A stretch of DNA of 64,000 bases from Desulfatiglandales bacterium. Lineage in GTDB: Bacteria > Desulfobacterota > DSM-4660 > Desulfatiglandales > HGW-15. Below, in pieces: positions 1 through 10,765 of the stretch. Under the pieces are notes generated by a model. It was not told where the DNA came from. It saw only the letters and a program-made list of their open reading frames with translations, and did not search any database. Made by a program: the position numbers and the translations under genes. The stretch's first letter is position 1. Every line of letters starts with the position of its first letter. The stretch lies in the NCBI GenBank assembly GCA_963667015.2, contig CAXXJJ010000004.1, positions 3,872,001 to 3,936,000 of the forward strand, written 5' to 3'.

Positions 1-209
1 GCTCTGTCGATCCATTTGTAGATCGCTTTTCGACTAAGGCCAACTAATTGTTGAATTTTAGTAATGTTTTCACCTGAGTGATAATAAATCAATATTTTTG
101 CTCTTTGCACTTCTCTTAAAGGTTGTGTCTGTGATTGAGCGATACGTTTAAGCTTATCAAGTTCTTCGGAGCTTAGTTTGAGTTTTGCTCTTGTCGTTTT
201 TCTGGCCAT
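1..209 (-). CDS. IS630-family transposase, N-terminal HTH part (runs off the window)
   Basis: Manual translation from ATG 209: MARKTTRAKLKLSSEELDKLKRIAQSQTQPLREVQRAKILIYYHSGENITKIQQLVGLSRKAIYKWIDR; AGGAG RBS; RAKIL...HTH pattern typical of IS630. Confidence 0.8.
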   Translation of the reverse strand, partial: MARKTTRAKLKLSSEELDKLKRIAQSQTQPLREVQRAKILIYYHSGENITKIQQLVGLSRKAIYKWIDR

Positions 210-293
210 GTGCTTTCTCCTATTTTTTGGGTTCAAGGGAAAGCATAACATATTACATTATTTTTGTAACCTTTTTATTGAATCGAAATACTA
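1..293 (-). mobile_element. IS630-family element, left end
   Basis: Transposase start plus a putative terminus reading TAGTATTTCGATTCAATAAAAAGGTTAC inward from a CTAG at 291-294; IS630 elements insert at TA. Confidence 0.6.
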
Positions 294-405
294 GTCATTA
301 CTGTGTAAAAATTTTCTAAAATGTTGAATAGGATCACATGATTAATGGGTAAAGTTTTACATATTTGATTAGTCTTTTATAAACAAACAGCAAATTAAAT
401 CCGCT

Positions 406-475
406 TAACTTATTGATTAAATTAACTAATAATGATAATCTAGTGTATATATCTCTTTCTGGTATGCTTATTGCT
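406..475 (+). promoter_or_regulatory. sigma54 -24/-12 promoter with upstream IHF site
   Basis: TGGTATGCTTATTGCT at 460-475 (GG-N10-GC); TAACTTATTGATT at 406-418 matches the IHF consensus. Confidence 0.75.
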
Positions 476-545
476 CATTATATAAGTCATTATATGAATA
501 TACAGCCTTCACAGGCTTTTTTCAGATGCACATTCGGAGGTTAAA

Positions 546-1160
546 ATGAATAGAATAGTAGTTACAGCGATATTAATAATTTTAGGATTTGCCGGCAGTG
601 CCCAGGCTACGTTTATTGACTTCAGGTCTAGTGATTTCAGCTATGCAGCAGATAAAACATCATATGAATATGATGGATTAACAATAGAGTCATCACCGGA
701 TGGGACAGAACTGTTCTGGGATCAAGATGACGGCCTGGGAATAAATACACGTGGTATTAGTGACGAGGGTGATGAAGTGGATGGAGATGAACTTCTTCAC
801 CTTGCTTTTGATACTCCGCAGTTACTTTCGTCAATTCTTATAACCGATCTGTTCTATGAAAAAAACATTAGTACAGATACTTATTATTATGAAAAAGGTA
901 GCTACCGTTTCAATAATGAAGCCTGGTACGATTTTACTGCAGTTCAAGGATCAAATGGTTTGCTTACTCTTTCTTTTTCTTCAATCGCAATAAGTGAAAT
1001 ATGGTTCAAGGCTGCTGGAGATCTTGGTGATGGCATCAACCACGAGTTTTCTGTCGGAGGCGTTGATGTTGCTCCTGTTCCGGAACCGGCTACTATGCTT
1101 CTTCTTGGTACAGGCCTAGTTGGTCTTGCGGGTTTAAGACGTAAATTAAAAAAATCATAA
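546..1160 (+). CDS. PEP-CTERM sorting domain protein
   Basis: Signal peptide; C-terminal VPEPATMLLLGTGLVGLAGLRRKLKKS. Confidence 0.95.
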   Translation: MNRIVVTAILIILGFAGSAQATFIDFRSSDFSYAADKTSYEYDGLTIESSPDGTELFWDQDDGLGINTRGISDEGDEVDGDELLHLAFDTPQLLSSILITDLFYEKNISTDTYYYEKGSYRFNNEAWYDFTAVQGSNGLLTLSFSSIAISEIWFKAAGDLGDGINHEFSVGGVDVAPVPEPATMLLLGTGLVGLAGLRRKLKKS

Positions 1161-1269
1161 TATAAAATAATATCGATAATTTTGATCGCATGAATGGGAG
1201 CATTTTATAAAGATATGCCCCTTTTTATAATAGGACAAACAATAGCTGGTAGTAACAGAGAGGAACCGG

Positions 1270-2868
1270 CTATAGGTTGTCTCTTTTTTGAGGGCTTTCC
1301 CCATAACCGCCCCCACCGGGAGTTTCAATCCTCAGGATATCTCCCGTGCTTAATAATTCTGTAAATTTCCCTGATTTTTCTTCTCTTTTATTTTTACGGA
1401 TAACAATGTTTTTTCCGAAGATTCCAGGTTTTCCACCTGATAAACCATATGGGGCTGTTTTTCTTCTTTCCGAAAGGACAGTGACCTCTGCATCAGACAA
1501 TAGCTGGATTTCCCTTGCTATGCCGTCACCGCCATTATGTTTCCCTTTTCCTCCTGTGTTCCGCCTTATGGAGTATTCACTGACCATAAAAGGGTATGCA
1601 TATTCCAGTGCCTCAACCGGGGTATTCAAGGTGTTCGTCATGTGTGAGTGTACAGCGCTCTCTCCATGACTTTTAGCATTGGCCCCCATTCCTCCTCCTA
1701 TTGTTTCATAATAGGCAAAGGGTTTACCTGTCCGTGGATCAATTCCGCCGATGGTGACATTGTTCATGGTACCCTGACCGGCAGCAGGGATAATACCCGG
1801 CAGGGCTTTCGACAATGAACCAAGCACCACGTCGGTTATCCGCTGGGACATTTCTACATTTCCTCCTGCAACTGCAGCAGGAAAGGCCGCATCAACAACT
1901 GTGCCCTTTTTTGTAACAACCTTTATCGGTCTCATGCATCCTTCGTTGGTAGGGATGTCTTTTTCTAAAAGCGATCTGAATACGTAAAGCACAACAGAGA
2001 GGGTTATAGCCTTAACCGCGTTAATGCCTCCGGGAACCTGCGCGTCTGATTTTGAAAAATCAACGACGGCCTCATCCCCTTTTACAGTGGTAGTAACATG
2101 TATCTTTACTCTTTCCCTTTCAAAACCGTCATCATCCATAAAGTCTTCAAAAACGTATATCCCGTCCGGAATATTTTTTATAGCAGCCCGTGTTGCTTCT
2201 TCAGAATAACTCATAAGCGCATCAGCATAAAAGGATACTTTATCAAGGCCGTTCACCTCAACAAGCTCCTGCATTCGCCTGACACCGGTAATGTTTGCCA
2301 TCATCTGTGCTGCGAAGTCACCCTCTCTTTCCATAGGGGTCCTTACATTATTCAAAAAAAGCGTCATGATCTTTTGGTCGATCTCTCCCTTTTCTACAAT
2401 CTTAAGCGGCGGGATGATTACACCCTCCTGAAATATTGATGTAGAAAGGGGCATTGAGCCGGAGGTCATGCCTCCGACATCAGCATGATGTGCCCTGTTT
2501 GCCACAAAAAAGGAAGGATGTTTATCTCCAATAAAAACCGGGGCAACCAGGGTTATGTCCGGAAGATGAGTTCCTCCCTTAAAGGGATCATTGAGCATGA
2601 CCATGTCCCCTTCTTCCCAGGTGCAACTCTCTATAGCGGATTTAACGGACATGGGCATGGAGCCCAGATGTACGGGAATATGGGCTGCCTGTGCAATCAT
2701 GTCACCGTTGTAATTAAATATTCCACAGGACAGGTCGCGCCTCTCTTTAATATTGGGAGAAAAGCCCGTTCTGGTAAGTGTGACCCCCATCTCTTCGGAG
2801 ATGGATGTAAACCTGTTTTTGAAGACCTCGAGAAGTATTGGATTGGCTTTTATCCTGTTCTTTTTCAT
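1270..2868 (-). CDS. Hydantoinase B/5-oxoprolinase subunit B
   Basis: SPNIKERRDLSC, HIPVHLGSM, NDPFKGGTHLPD, RAHHADVGG, ETPGGGGYG motifs. Confidence 0.93.
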   Translation of the reverse strand: MKKNRIKANPILLEVFKNRFTSISEEMGVTLTRTGFSPNIKERRDLSCGIFNYNGDMIAQAAHIPVHLGSMPMSVKSAIESCTWEEGDMVMLNDPFKGGTHLPDITLVAPVFIGDKHPSFFVANRAHHADVGGMTSGSMPLSTSIFQEGVIIPPLKIVEKGEIDQKIMTLFLNNVRTPMEREGDFAAQMMANITGVRRMQELVEVNGLDKVSFYADALMSYSEEATRAAIKNIPDGIYVFEDFMDDDGFERERVKIHVTTTVKGDEAVVDFSKSDAQVPGGINAVKAITLSVVLYVFRSLLEKDIPTNEGCMRPIKVVTKKGTVVDAAFPAAVAGGNVEMSQRITDVVLGSLSKALPGIIPAAGQGTMNNVTIGGIDPRTGKPFAYYETIGGGMGANAKSHGESAVHSHMTNTLNTPVEALEYAYPFMVSEYSIRRNTGGKGKHNGGDGIAREIQLLSDAEVTVLSERRKTAPYGLSGGKPGIFGKNIVIRKNKREEKSGKFTELLSTGDILRIETPGGGGYGESPQKRDNL

Positions 2869-4843
2869 TTTTTAATATCCATAATCAGGTTCCCGTATTC
2901 ATCCACGCAGGCGCAGGCAAATGGCGGAATTACAATGGTTGAGGAATACTCGACAACAATAGCAGGTCCTTCAAGCCTGTTGCCGTTCAGCAGTTTTTTT
3001 CTGTCTATTATCATAGTGTCCACAGGCTCCTGTTCAAAAACAATCGGCCTTTTTCCCAGGATTGCATCCGGGTCTAATTTAACGGATATTTTTTCTGCCC
3101 TTGCAAAACGAAGTTTTTCCGGAAGGCCCCTGGCCCTTACCCTGATGTTGACGATTTCGACTGTTTTGTCCCTGTTCTGATATCCATAGCTCTTTTCATG
3201 AAGCATGTGAAAATCCCGAATGTAATCATCTGTAAAGGGCACAATGATTTCAAATGACTGCCCCTGGTAACGCATATCCAGATATCTTTCTATGCAGATC
3301 CGATCCTCTTTAATGCCTTCCTCTTCAAGCTCCTTTGCACCCCTCTGTTCCAGCTCCTTAAAAAACTCCAGAAGGGCATCTTTATTTGTATTGAGCTGGT
3401 TCCTCATAATGGTGAGTGAGTAATCTTTGATAACATCCGCCATGAGCATCCCCATGGCAGAGAGGATCCCCGGGTTAGCAGGGACAAGTATCTTCGGGAT
3501 GTTTAAAAGCCTTGCCAGAAAGGCGGCATGAAGCCCTCCCGCTCCCCCGAATGACACAAGGGTAAAATCTCCAGGATCAAAACCTCTTTCAACGGAGATC
3601 ACCCTTATAGCCTTTTCCATGGCAGTATTGGCAACGGAGAGTATTCCCTCGGCAAGTTCGACAGCAGACAGTCCGGCTTCCTTTGCAAGAAGATCGAAGG
3701 AGTGATCAAGACGGTCTCTCACTATCTTCATGTTTCCACCCAGGAAGTGCTCAGGGATAATCCTCCCAAGGTACAGATTTGCATCGGTGACGGTTATTCT
3801 CTCCCCTTTGCCATAGCATATTGGGCCGGGATCGGCCCCCCTGCACTTTCAGGACCCACCTTTAGGGCCCCGCCTGCATCCATGAAGGCTATGGAGCCAC
3901 CACCAGCACCAACGGTGTGGATATCGATCATGGGTACCCTGATGGGAAACCCCGATATTCTTGATTCCGTTGCAAGGGACAGTCTGCCGTCCATGAGAGA
4001 GACGTCGGTAGATGTCCCACCCATGTCAAAGGTGATTATCTTTGAAAACCCTGCCATTTTACCCAGTTCAAATGCACCGACGGCTCCTCCCGCAGGGCCG
4101 GACAGGATTGTTCTTACAGATTCTTTAATGGCAGTGTCCGCGGATATGCTTCCGCCGTTGGACTGCATTATGCTCAGAAGATCTCCCTTATCCATATAGC
4201 TGATGAGAGACTCTATATAGTTCTGCATCTTTGGAGAGACATAGGCGTTAATTACTGTGGTGGATGTCCTTTCATATTCACGGAATTCCGAAAGTATTTC
4301 GTATGAGAGTGAAACTGGAATTCCAAGGGGCGCGAGTTTTTCCTTTATGTTTTGCTCATGGGTCGGATTAACATAGGAGTAGAGAAGACATACTGCAACC
4401 GACTCAACATTGTTTTCTTTAATCTCTTCAATGATTCTGAAGGCCTCTTCCAGGTCAAGCGGGGTGTGCTCCTCCCCGGAGTTCAGGATTCTTCCTGTTA
4501 TGCCGAATCGAAGCTTCGGGGGTATAAGTGCAGGTTCCTTCCTGTAGGCCAGGTCATAAAGCCTGCTGCGGTTCTGTCTCCCAATCTCGATTATATCCTC
4601 AAAGCCTTTATTTGTAACAAGAGCGGTCTTTGCCCCTTTTCTTTCAAGAATGGCATTGGTCGCAACAGTTGAGCCGTGGACAATTTTTTTGTCTTTCCCG
4701 TCTGCTATATGCCTGAGCCCGTCAATAATGGCTTTGGCCGGGTTGGAGGGCGTTGACAAAAGTTTATATACACCCCATCTGTCGCCATCTTTAAAGACAA
4801 AATCAGTAAATGTCCCGCCTGTATCAATCCCTGTAATTATCAT
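2865..4843 (-). CDS. Hydantoinase A/oxoprolinase subunit A, split by a frameshift in a G6 run at 3836-3841
   Basis: GIDTGGTFTD, HGSTVATNA, DMGGTSTD, GPESAG motifs; the conserved GADPGPICYGKG...TVTDAN continues in another frame into ORF 2865-3731. Confidence 0.88.
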
Positions 4844-5087
4844 TCTATTCCCGGTTTGAAATTGTTCTGCTTTAAGAGGATATGACTATTCCAGTTTTCA
4901 CAATCAAAATCAACCGCTTTCAAGCCCCTTGACAATGATCCAATTATTGTTTAATCGGAATGTTGTTTCGACACGGCTTAAAATCATTACCCGATTTTAT
5001 CAGGGAAATCATTCATCAGTATCCGAATAAAGTGGAATAATATTTTTATACTTACTGCCTTTTTACAGGAATGCAAAGGAATCCAAA

Positions 5088-6218
5088 ATGAAATGTTTTC
5101 TTCGTTTATTGACACTGTCTGTATGTATAATCTTTTTAACAGGATGCGAAAGGTCAACTGAAATGAAAGTAAATAAAGAGTTATTTGGCGAATTGGATGG
5201 AAAACCGGTGGATATCTATACATTAACCAACTCTAATCATATTGAAATCAAAATCACCAATTATGGTGGAATTGTAACATCCGTTAAGGTGCCGGATAAA
5301 AATGGTAAACTTGATGATGTTGTCCTCGGGTTTAACAACCTGGAAGACTACAAAAAGAAGAGTCCCTATTTCGGATGCATTGCAGGACGATATGCCAATA
5401 GAATCGGCAATGCAGAATTTGTTATTGACGGGGAAAAATTCACCCTGGCAAAAAACAACGGAGAAAACACTCTTCACGGGGGATTAAAAGGCTTTGATAA
5501 GGTACTGTGGGATGCAGAACCCGTTACCGGAAAAGATTTTCAATCCCTGAAACTGACCTACCTCAGCAGGGATGGAGAGGAAGGTTTTCCGGGCAACCTG
5601 GATGTTGAAGTAACCTATACCCTTACTGAAGATAATTCATTTCGTATTGACTACATGGCTTCAACCGATAAGGCTACTGTTATAAACCTGACCAATCATA
5701 CCTACTGGAACCTGGCAGGAGAAGGTTCGGGAGATGTGCTTAAACATGAATTGATGATAAACGCGGATTATTTTACACCGACTGATCAGGGCTCTATCCC
5801 GACAGGCGAATTACGACCTGTTGAAAATACCCCTCTGGACTTTAGAAAATCCAGAGCCATTGGTGACGGAGTGGACTCGGATTATGAACAGGTAAAGCTC
5901 TGCAGAGGCTATGACCATAACTTTGTTATAAATCCGGATGTAGATAAGGAAATGAAGCTTGCTGCAAGGGTCTATGAACCCGCAGGCGGAAGATACATGG
6001 AAATATATACGACTGAACCCGGAGTGCAGTTTTACAGCGCTAATTTTCTTTTTGGTGTCACCGGAAAAAGCGGAAAAGCCTATGCACCGCGAGGCGCATT
6101 CTGCCTGGAGACACAGCATTTCCCCGATTCGCCGAACAAGCCTGAATTCCCCTCTGTTGTATTAAGGCCCGGTGAAACATATAAGTCAACCACCCTGCAT
6201 AAGTTTTCGGTGAAGTAG
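5088..6218 (+). CDS. galM: Aldose 1-epimerase (galactose mutarotase), lipoprotein
   Basis: GRYANRI, LHGG, NLTNHTYWNL, GYDHNF, CLETQHFPDSPN; lipobox LTGC. Confidence 0.93.
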   Translation: MKCFLRLLTLSVCIIFLTGCERSTEMKVNKELFGELDGKPVDIYTLTNSNHIEIKITNYGGIVTSVKVPDKNGKLDDVVLGFNNLEDYKKKSPYFGCIAGRYANRIGNAEFVIDGEKFTLAKNNGENTLHGGLKGFDKVLWDAEPVTGKDFQSLKLTYLSRDGEEGFPGNLDVEVTYTLTEDNSFRIDYMASTDKATVINLTNHTYWNLAGEGSGDVLKHELMINADYFTPTDQGSIPTGELRPVENTPLDFRKSRAIGDGVDSDYEQVKLCRGYDHNFVINPDVDKEMKLAARVYEPAGGRYMEIYTTEPGVQFYSANFLFGVTGKSGKAYAPRGAFCLETQHFPDSPNKPEFPSVVLRPGETYKSTTLHKFSVK

Positions 6219-6233
6219 CATTATAGCGTAACA

Positions 6234-6824
6234 ATGAAAGAATCTTCTCAAAAATTTGAGCTTAAACCCTTTTCCGGAGAAAACGCTCCAAACAATAGCC
6301 AAATAAATGTTATGCTTTCAAAGCGTGAGGCCGGTCTGCAGGTTGTTTTTGAACTCGATGCACAGCTAAGTGACCTGATGATCCCTGGCTTTGATCCATC
6401 TAAAATAAAAAGAAAAAAGAAACTCTGGGAACACACCTGCTTTGAAATATTTCTTGCACAACAGGGTATGCCGAATTACTGGGAGGTTAACCTCTCTCCA
6501 TCCGGGAGCTGGAATGTATACTCATTTACAGATTATCGTGAAGGAATGAAGCCGGAGAAATTCTTTAATACATTTCCAATTGAAGTGAAAATTTTGTCAG
6601 ATCAGAAGCTTAAAGTCGAAACAGCCATTGATTTAGGGCTCCTTCAGGACTGTTCAGACCTTAATGTCGGTCTGTCGGCAGTTCTTGAACAGAATGACGG
6701 AAAGAAAAGCTACTGGGCAGTGGATCATCCAAAGGATGTTCCAGATTTTCATGCAAGAGAAGGGTGGCTTCGAATCATTTTGACACAGGGCATTGATTTA
6801 TCTATAGTCTCCTGTGAAAAATAA
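6234..6824 (+). CDS. DOMON-like domain protein
   Basis: LWEHTCFEIF...EVNLSPSGSWNVY.F.DYR and C-terminal YWA..H...PDFH pattern. Confidence 0.75.
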   Translation: MKESSQKFELKPFSGENAPNNSQINVMLSKREAGLQVVFELDAQLSDLMIPGFDPSKIKRKKKLWEHTCFEIFLAQQGMPNYWEVNLSPSGSWNVYSFTDYREGMKPEKFFNTFPIEVKILSDQKLKVETAIDLGLLQDCSDLNVGLSAVLEQNDGKKSYWAVDHPKDVPDFHAREGWLRIILTQGIDLSIVSCEK

Positions 6825-6857
6825 ACCCCTAGTTAACCAAAATCAAAGGAGAAAAAT

Positions 6858-7337
6858 ATGGCAGATTTCCCAAAACTGGAAAATGTAAGGCGGCTACCGA
6901 ATGTTGTTGAGCTTAAACCCTGGAAATCTATTCACGATACAATAACCGCACCTATGATTACCGGGCTGGGACAGATAGATATCCCGGAATCAAACCTGGC
7001 AATGGGTTTCGCCCGTATCACCGAACCGGATGTCCTTGGTTCCCCTACCCACGCACATCCCTTTGATCAGTGGATTTATCTTATCGGTGAAAGCAATAAC
7101 TTTGTTGATTTTGATGCCGACATTGAATTTACACTTGGTGATGAGATCCTGAAGATAGATTATCCATGTTATATCTTTGTTCCCAAAAACATGAAGCACT
7201 GCCCGCTGGACATAAAACGCGTGGGAAAGCCGTTTATATTCATTGATGTCAGCGTTACCCCGGAGGCATCTGTAAGGTCCGAAAAGGTATCAAAGGTAGG
7301 ACGACCAAAGTATGTAGCCAAGAATAATAAAAAATAA
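6858..7337 (+). CDS. Cupin-fold hypothetical protein
   Basis: HAHPFDQ and FVPKNMKHCPL cupin-like motifs; RBS. Confidence 0.7.
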   Translation: MADFPKLENVRRLPNVVELKPWKSIHDTITAPMITGLGQIDIPESNLAMGFARITEPDVLGSPTHAHPFDQWIYLIGESNNFVDFDADIEFTLGDEILKIDYPCYIFVPKNMKHCPLDIKRVGKPFIFIDVSVTPEASVRSEKVSKVGRPKYVAKNNKK

Positions 7338-7349
7338 GGAGATTTAACG

Positions 7350-7754
7350 ATGAAACGTATTTATGGAATTCTGGCCATTGCATTATTAAGTGTTTTTTTT
7401 GTTTTTGGCTGCGGCTCAGACGGCAGTTCCGTTTTAAAAAAACAGATTAAGGCCAGCGAAAATTATATAAATGGAATGTCAGATGCAAAAAGTGCCGATG
7501 ATGTGGTTAAGGTCATTGATAATTTTACAGAAGATATGATTGCGCTGCTCCCGGAACTGCAGGAGTTTGAGAAAAAATATCCAGGATACAGGGAAGGCAG
7601 GGTACCGGAACTGGAGGAAGACGTCAAGGCCATGGAAGAGGTCTCCCAAAAAATGTCAGGCGCCATGAGTAACATGATGAAGTATATGATGGACCCCAAG
7701 GTTCAGGCAGCAATGACCCGGATGGGCGAGGAAATGAGTAAACTTGAAGATTAG
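7350..7754 (+). CDS. Hypothetical lipoprotein
   Basis: Hydrophobic signal with FGC lipobox; AGGAG RBS. Confidence 0.75.
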   Translation: MKRIYGILAIALLSVFFVFGCGSDGSSVLKKQIKASENYINGMSDAKSADDVVKVIDNFTEDMIALLPELQEFEKKYPGYREGRVPELEEDVKAMEEVSQKMSGAMSNMMKYMMDPKVQAAMTRMGEEMSKLED

Positions 7755-7771
7755 TGTGACCAGTTTATATT

Positions 7772-7795
7772 GAGGGGCAGGGCATCCCTGCCTCT
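7772..7795. repeat. GC-rich hairpin (REP-like or terminator) between convergent genes
   Basis: GAGGGGCAGGG-CAT-CCCTGCCTCT. Confidence 0.45.
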
Positions 7796-7842
7796 TGATT
7801 AAACAAATTAAAAAATACACACATCCTATATTGATATAAAAA

Positions 7843-8355
7843 TTAATCCTCCGACACTTCCTTGAGATACCTGAACAACGCCTTTGATGCCTTTGTTCCC
7901 CTGTTCTCCTCAAATTCCTTTTTTGCATTCCTGGCAAGCTGTGTCAGATGCTGACGTTCCGACACGGGGCATTCAGTCAGTATATCGTTGATCAGTTCTA
8001 TATTTCCGGACCTGAGCCGATCCCTCCATCCTTCAATCTTTTTAAAGGCGGCTTTCTGTTCATAGTCACCCCTGTCGATGACCTCCAGAGCCCGTTCAAT
8101 GGAGGTTATATCAATATTCCGCAGCAATGAGCCAATATATTTTATCTGACGGCGCCGTGCACCGTGAGTGGTCGTTCTGCATGCAAGAAGCACCTCTTCA
8201 AGAATATCCTCTGGCAGATCCATGCGTTCAAGCTGGTTTTCCGAAAGCTCTACCAGTCTCTCACCGATCGCCTGCCGTGCATGGTCTTCTTTTTTCCGTT
8301 TTGTCTTACTTACAGGGGCTTCAATGGTGTCATTATCATCTGTTGGTGATGTCAT
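7843..8355 (-). CDS. yjgA: Ribosome-associated protein YjgA/DarP (DUF615)
   Basis: SKTKRK...Q..GERLV.L, ARRRQIKYIG, IEGWRDRL, ERQHL.QL.RNA, LFRYL. Confidence 0.9.
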   Translation of the reverse strand: MTSPTDDNDTIEAPVSKTKRKKEDHARQAIGERLVELSENQLERMDLPEDILEEVLLACRTTTHGARRRQIKYIGSLLRNIDITSIERALEVIDRGDYEQKAAFKKIEGWRDRLRSGNIELINDILTECPVSERQHLTQLARNAKKEFEENRGTKASKALFRYLKEVSED

Positions 8356-8561
8356 CTGTTATGTTCCTGTTCAATTCTTCGTATTGGTTGCCTTACCACC
8401 GTTTTAATATAATGGGTCTTTGCCTGTTTAATTGATAAACCATATATTCCCCCTGTTTTGCAAACTATGACCCAATTGCCGACTGACCGAATTTATTTTA
8501 CATTTATCAGTCTTAAAAAGTATAGAGAAATAATGGATAACTATGTAGCGTTACATAATTA

Positions 8562-9533
8562 TTATCGGCAACTCCTGCTGAATATCTTCGAAACAGCAGA
8601 AGTGGTTACTCCAAGCTGGCGTGCGGTTTCCGCAAGGGTCAGTCCGTAATACTTGGGCAATAACCTTGCAAGATACGACCTGACTTCCGGGATCTCTCCC
8701 CTGCGGCTTCCTCCTTTCAGCTCTGCTACATTAACTTTCTTATTTTTACATATCTCGCAAATCAAATTATTTGCATCAATTACCCGTTTATTTACGGGTA
8801 GCTGGGTACTAACCTTGTTATCCGCCTCGCTGATAATACGTTCCACAAACTCATTTTTGCCCAGTATCCGGTCATCACAACGTACATTATCATTGTTTTT
8901 ACGGGCAGAGACAACCTGCGACCACCCTCCAAGAGTGCGTACAAGGCCACCGCCCACCAGATCATCCCTGCGCCCTTCCGAGATCCCATCCTTCACAAAA
9001 TCCTTATATTTTTTAATGGAATCTTTTTTAAACATTCCAAACCAGGATAAAACATAATTAATATTTTGCCAGTCCCGGTTTTCCTTTCCCATGATCGTGC
9101 TATGACCGCACCAGGGATATTTATCAAGTGAAGCCATATTCTTAACAGTTCCTGCCCTTAGAGGATTCAGGTGTATATATCTTACAAGTTCTTTAAAATA
9201 AGCGTCTTTATCGCAAACGATTGACTTGTATCGGTTTTGAAAGACATGACCATATCGTTTATGGCGTTTATTGAATGTAATGGCATAACCGGTAAGAAGA
9301 CGGCGCATGAAGTGCGACAGCCCGTTACTGCCGCTCTTAATAAGCATGTGCATATGGTTTGTCATCAGTGCCCATGCATAGATATCTGTCTTTGTTTCAA
9401 TGGAGAGGTTTCCCATGCGGGATATCATACTTTTTCTATCAATATCATCCCTAACAATATTTTGAGCTTCAATCCCACGAACTATAACATGGTGAAGTGT
9501 TCCGGGTGAATCCAGTCTTGCCTGTCTTGGCAT
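8562..9533 (-). mobile_element. REP-associated (Y1 HUH) tyrosine transposase with C-terminal HTH
   Basis: MPRQAR, HHVIVRG, ALMTNHMHML (HUH), FQNRYKS, YIHLNP; C-terminal DnaA-C-like HTH. Confidence 0.88.
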
Positions 9534-9597
9534 CCTGTCGGCTCCTGTAATTATTGATGAAAAGATAATGACAGCTTAGCGGAGTCAGTCACGCTAG

Positions 9598-9765
9598 TCA
9601 ACAACGTCCCGAACTGGCTTTTTCCTTGTTCCGAAGGCCCTTAAGAGATGGCAGGAGGCTGTATACGGCCGGTTCTTCAAGTGCGGCATTTAGTCCCTGC
9701 TCGTTAGTCCGCAACTCCATATAACTGTTAAAAAATTCCGGATTGTCATATATGTTTTGTTTCAT
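9598..9765 (-). pseudogene. Truncated class I SAM methyltransferase (N-terminal fragment)
   Basis: MKQNIYDNPEFFNSYMELR...GLNAALEEPAVYSLLPSLKGLR, ending just before the expected VLDLGCG motif. Confidence 0.65.
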
Positions 9766-9777
9766 ATTGCTATTTAC

Positions 9778-9920
9778 TTAATTAATATATCATTTAGCGT
9801 TAATCTTTTTCTCGGTCCGGGAGATTCAGCCGGGTATCCCAAAGGCAGTAATGCAACAACGTAAAGATTGTCACCCCACCCGAATAATTCTTTAATTTCC
9901 TGTTCATAAAGAGCTTTGTT
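9778..9920 (-). pseudogene. Nitroreductase C-terminal fragment
   Basis: ...ALYEQEIKELFGWGDNLYVVALLPLGYPAESPGPRKRLTLNDILIK*; no N-terminal part. Confidence 0.6.
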
Positions 9921-9949
9921 TGTGTTCTGCTACTATGTCGAAAAATATA

Positions 9950-10699
9950 TTATTGAGTTGGAGCTTTTTTATTATCAATGGCCCAGTTCAGGATGTTTTT
10001 CATATTGCCTGCTTCTTCTTCAATTTGTGCGGTTCCATTTATAGAATAACCATGACCGGGAACAATAATTTCCGGATTAAGTTTCTTCAATATATCGACG
10101 GACTTTAACCATATCTTCCAGTCAGCCACGCTGCCGGCCTCTAGATTGGGAATATATCCGGTAACAATACAGTCACCGCAGTATAAGACGCCATCCGAAG
10201 AAACAAACAGTGAAATATTCTGTGGGGTATGGCCCGGTGTTGAAAGTACCGTCACATTAACATCTCCCAGGTCAATGTTTTGGTCAGGTAATAACTCCCT
10301 GTTTGGATTTGCCAGTTCAGTATTGTAATAGAAGACATCCGCTTCCTGCTTATTTCGTCTTACTTCATTTGGAATTGTATTGTTTAATTCTTCTTTATTC
10401 TGCTGAAATTCCTCCAGGGATCTTTTGACACCTGGATATGCATAAACATCTATATTTTTACTGATAAAAAAACTGTTTCCGCCTATATGATCAAAATGCG
10501 GTTCGGTATTAACAACTATCAGTTTATTGCCCGGCTTTGCACAAAGGGCATAGCCATATATAGTTTGAGCGGAAAGGTAATTTGACCCGGTATCCACTAT
10601 TAAGGTTGTATGCCGCCCCACGATAAATCCGGCATTTACTGTCCAGGGCGGCTCCACGGAAAGGCCTGAAATTAAATAGCAGTGTTGAGATATTTTCAT
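9950..10699 (-). CDS. MBL-fold metallo-hydrolase
   Basis: NTEPHFDHIGGN, TPGHT, GD, IVPGHG. Confidence 0.88.
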   Translation of the reverse strand: MKISQHCYLISGLSVEPPWTVNAGFIVGRHTTLIVDTGSNYLSAQTIYGYALCAKPGNKLIVVNTEPHFDHIGGNSFFISKNIDVYAYPGVKRSLEEFQQNKEELNNTIPNEVRRNKQEADVFYYNTELANPNRELLPDQNIDLGDVNVTVLSTPGHTPQNISLFVSSDGVLYCGDCIVTGYIPNLEAGSVADWKIWLKSVDILKKLNPEIIVPGHGYSINGTAQIEEEAGNMKNILNWAIDNKKAPTQ

Positions 10700-10765
10700 T
10701 TGATATTATCCAATCTGATTATTCCTCATAATGTGTGACTCAGGGGCAGACAGGTTTATACGCTG

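Noticed and set aside
3836..3841. Programmed frameshift or phase variation in hydantoinase A
   Set aside because: Similar small indels occur elsewhere, mostly in homopolymers (about 13190, 60620, 61549-61555, 61905), so sequencing or assembly error is the simpler explanation; needs read-level checking
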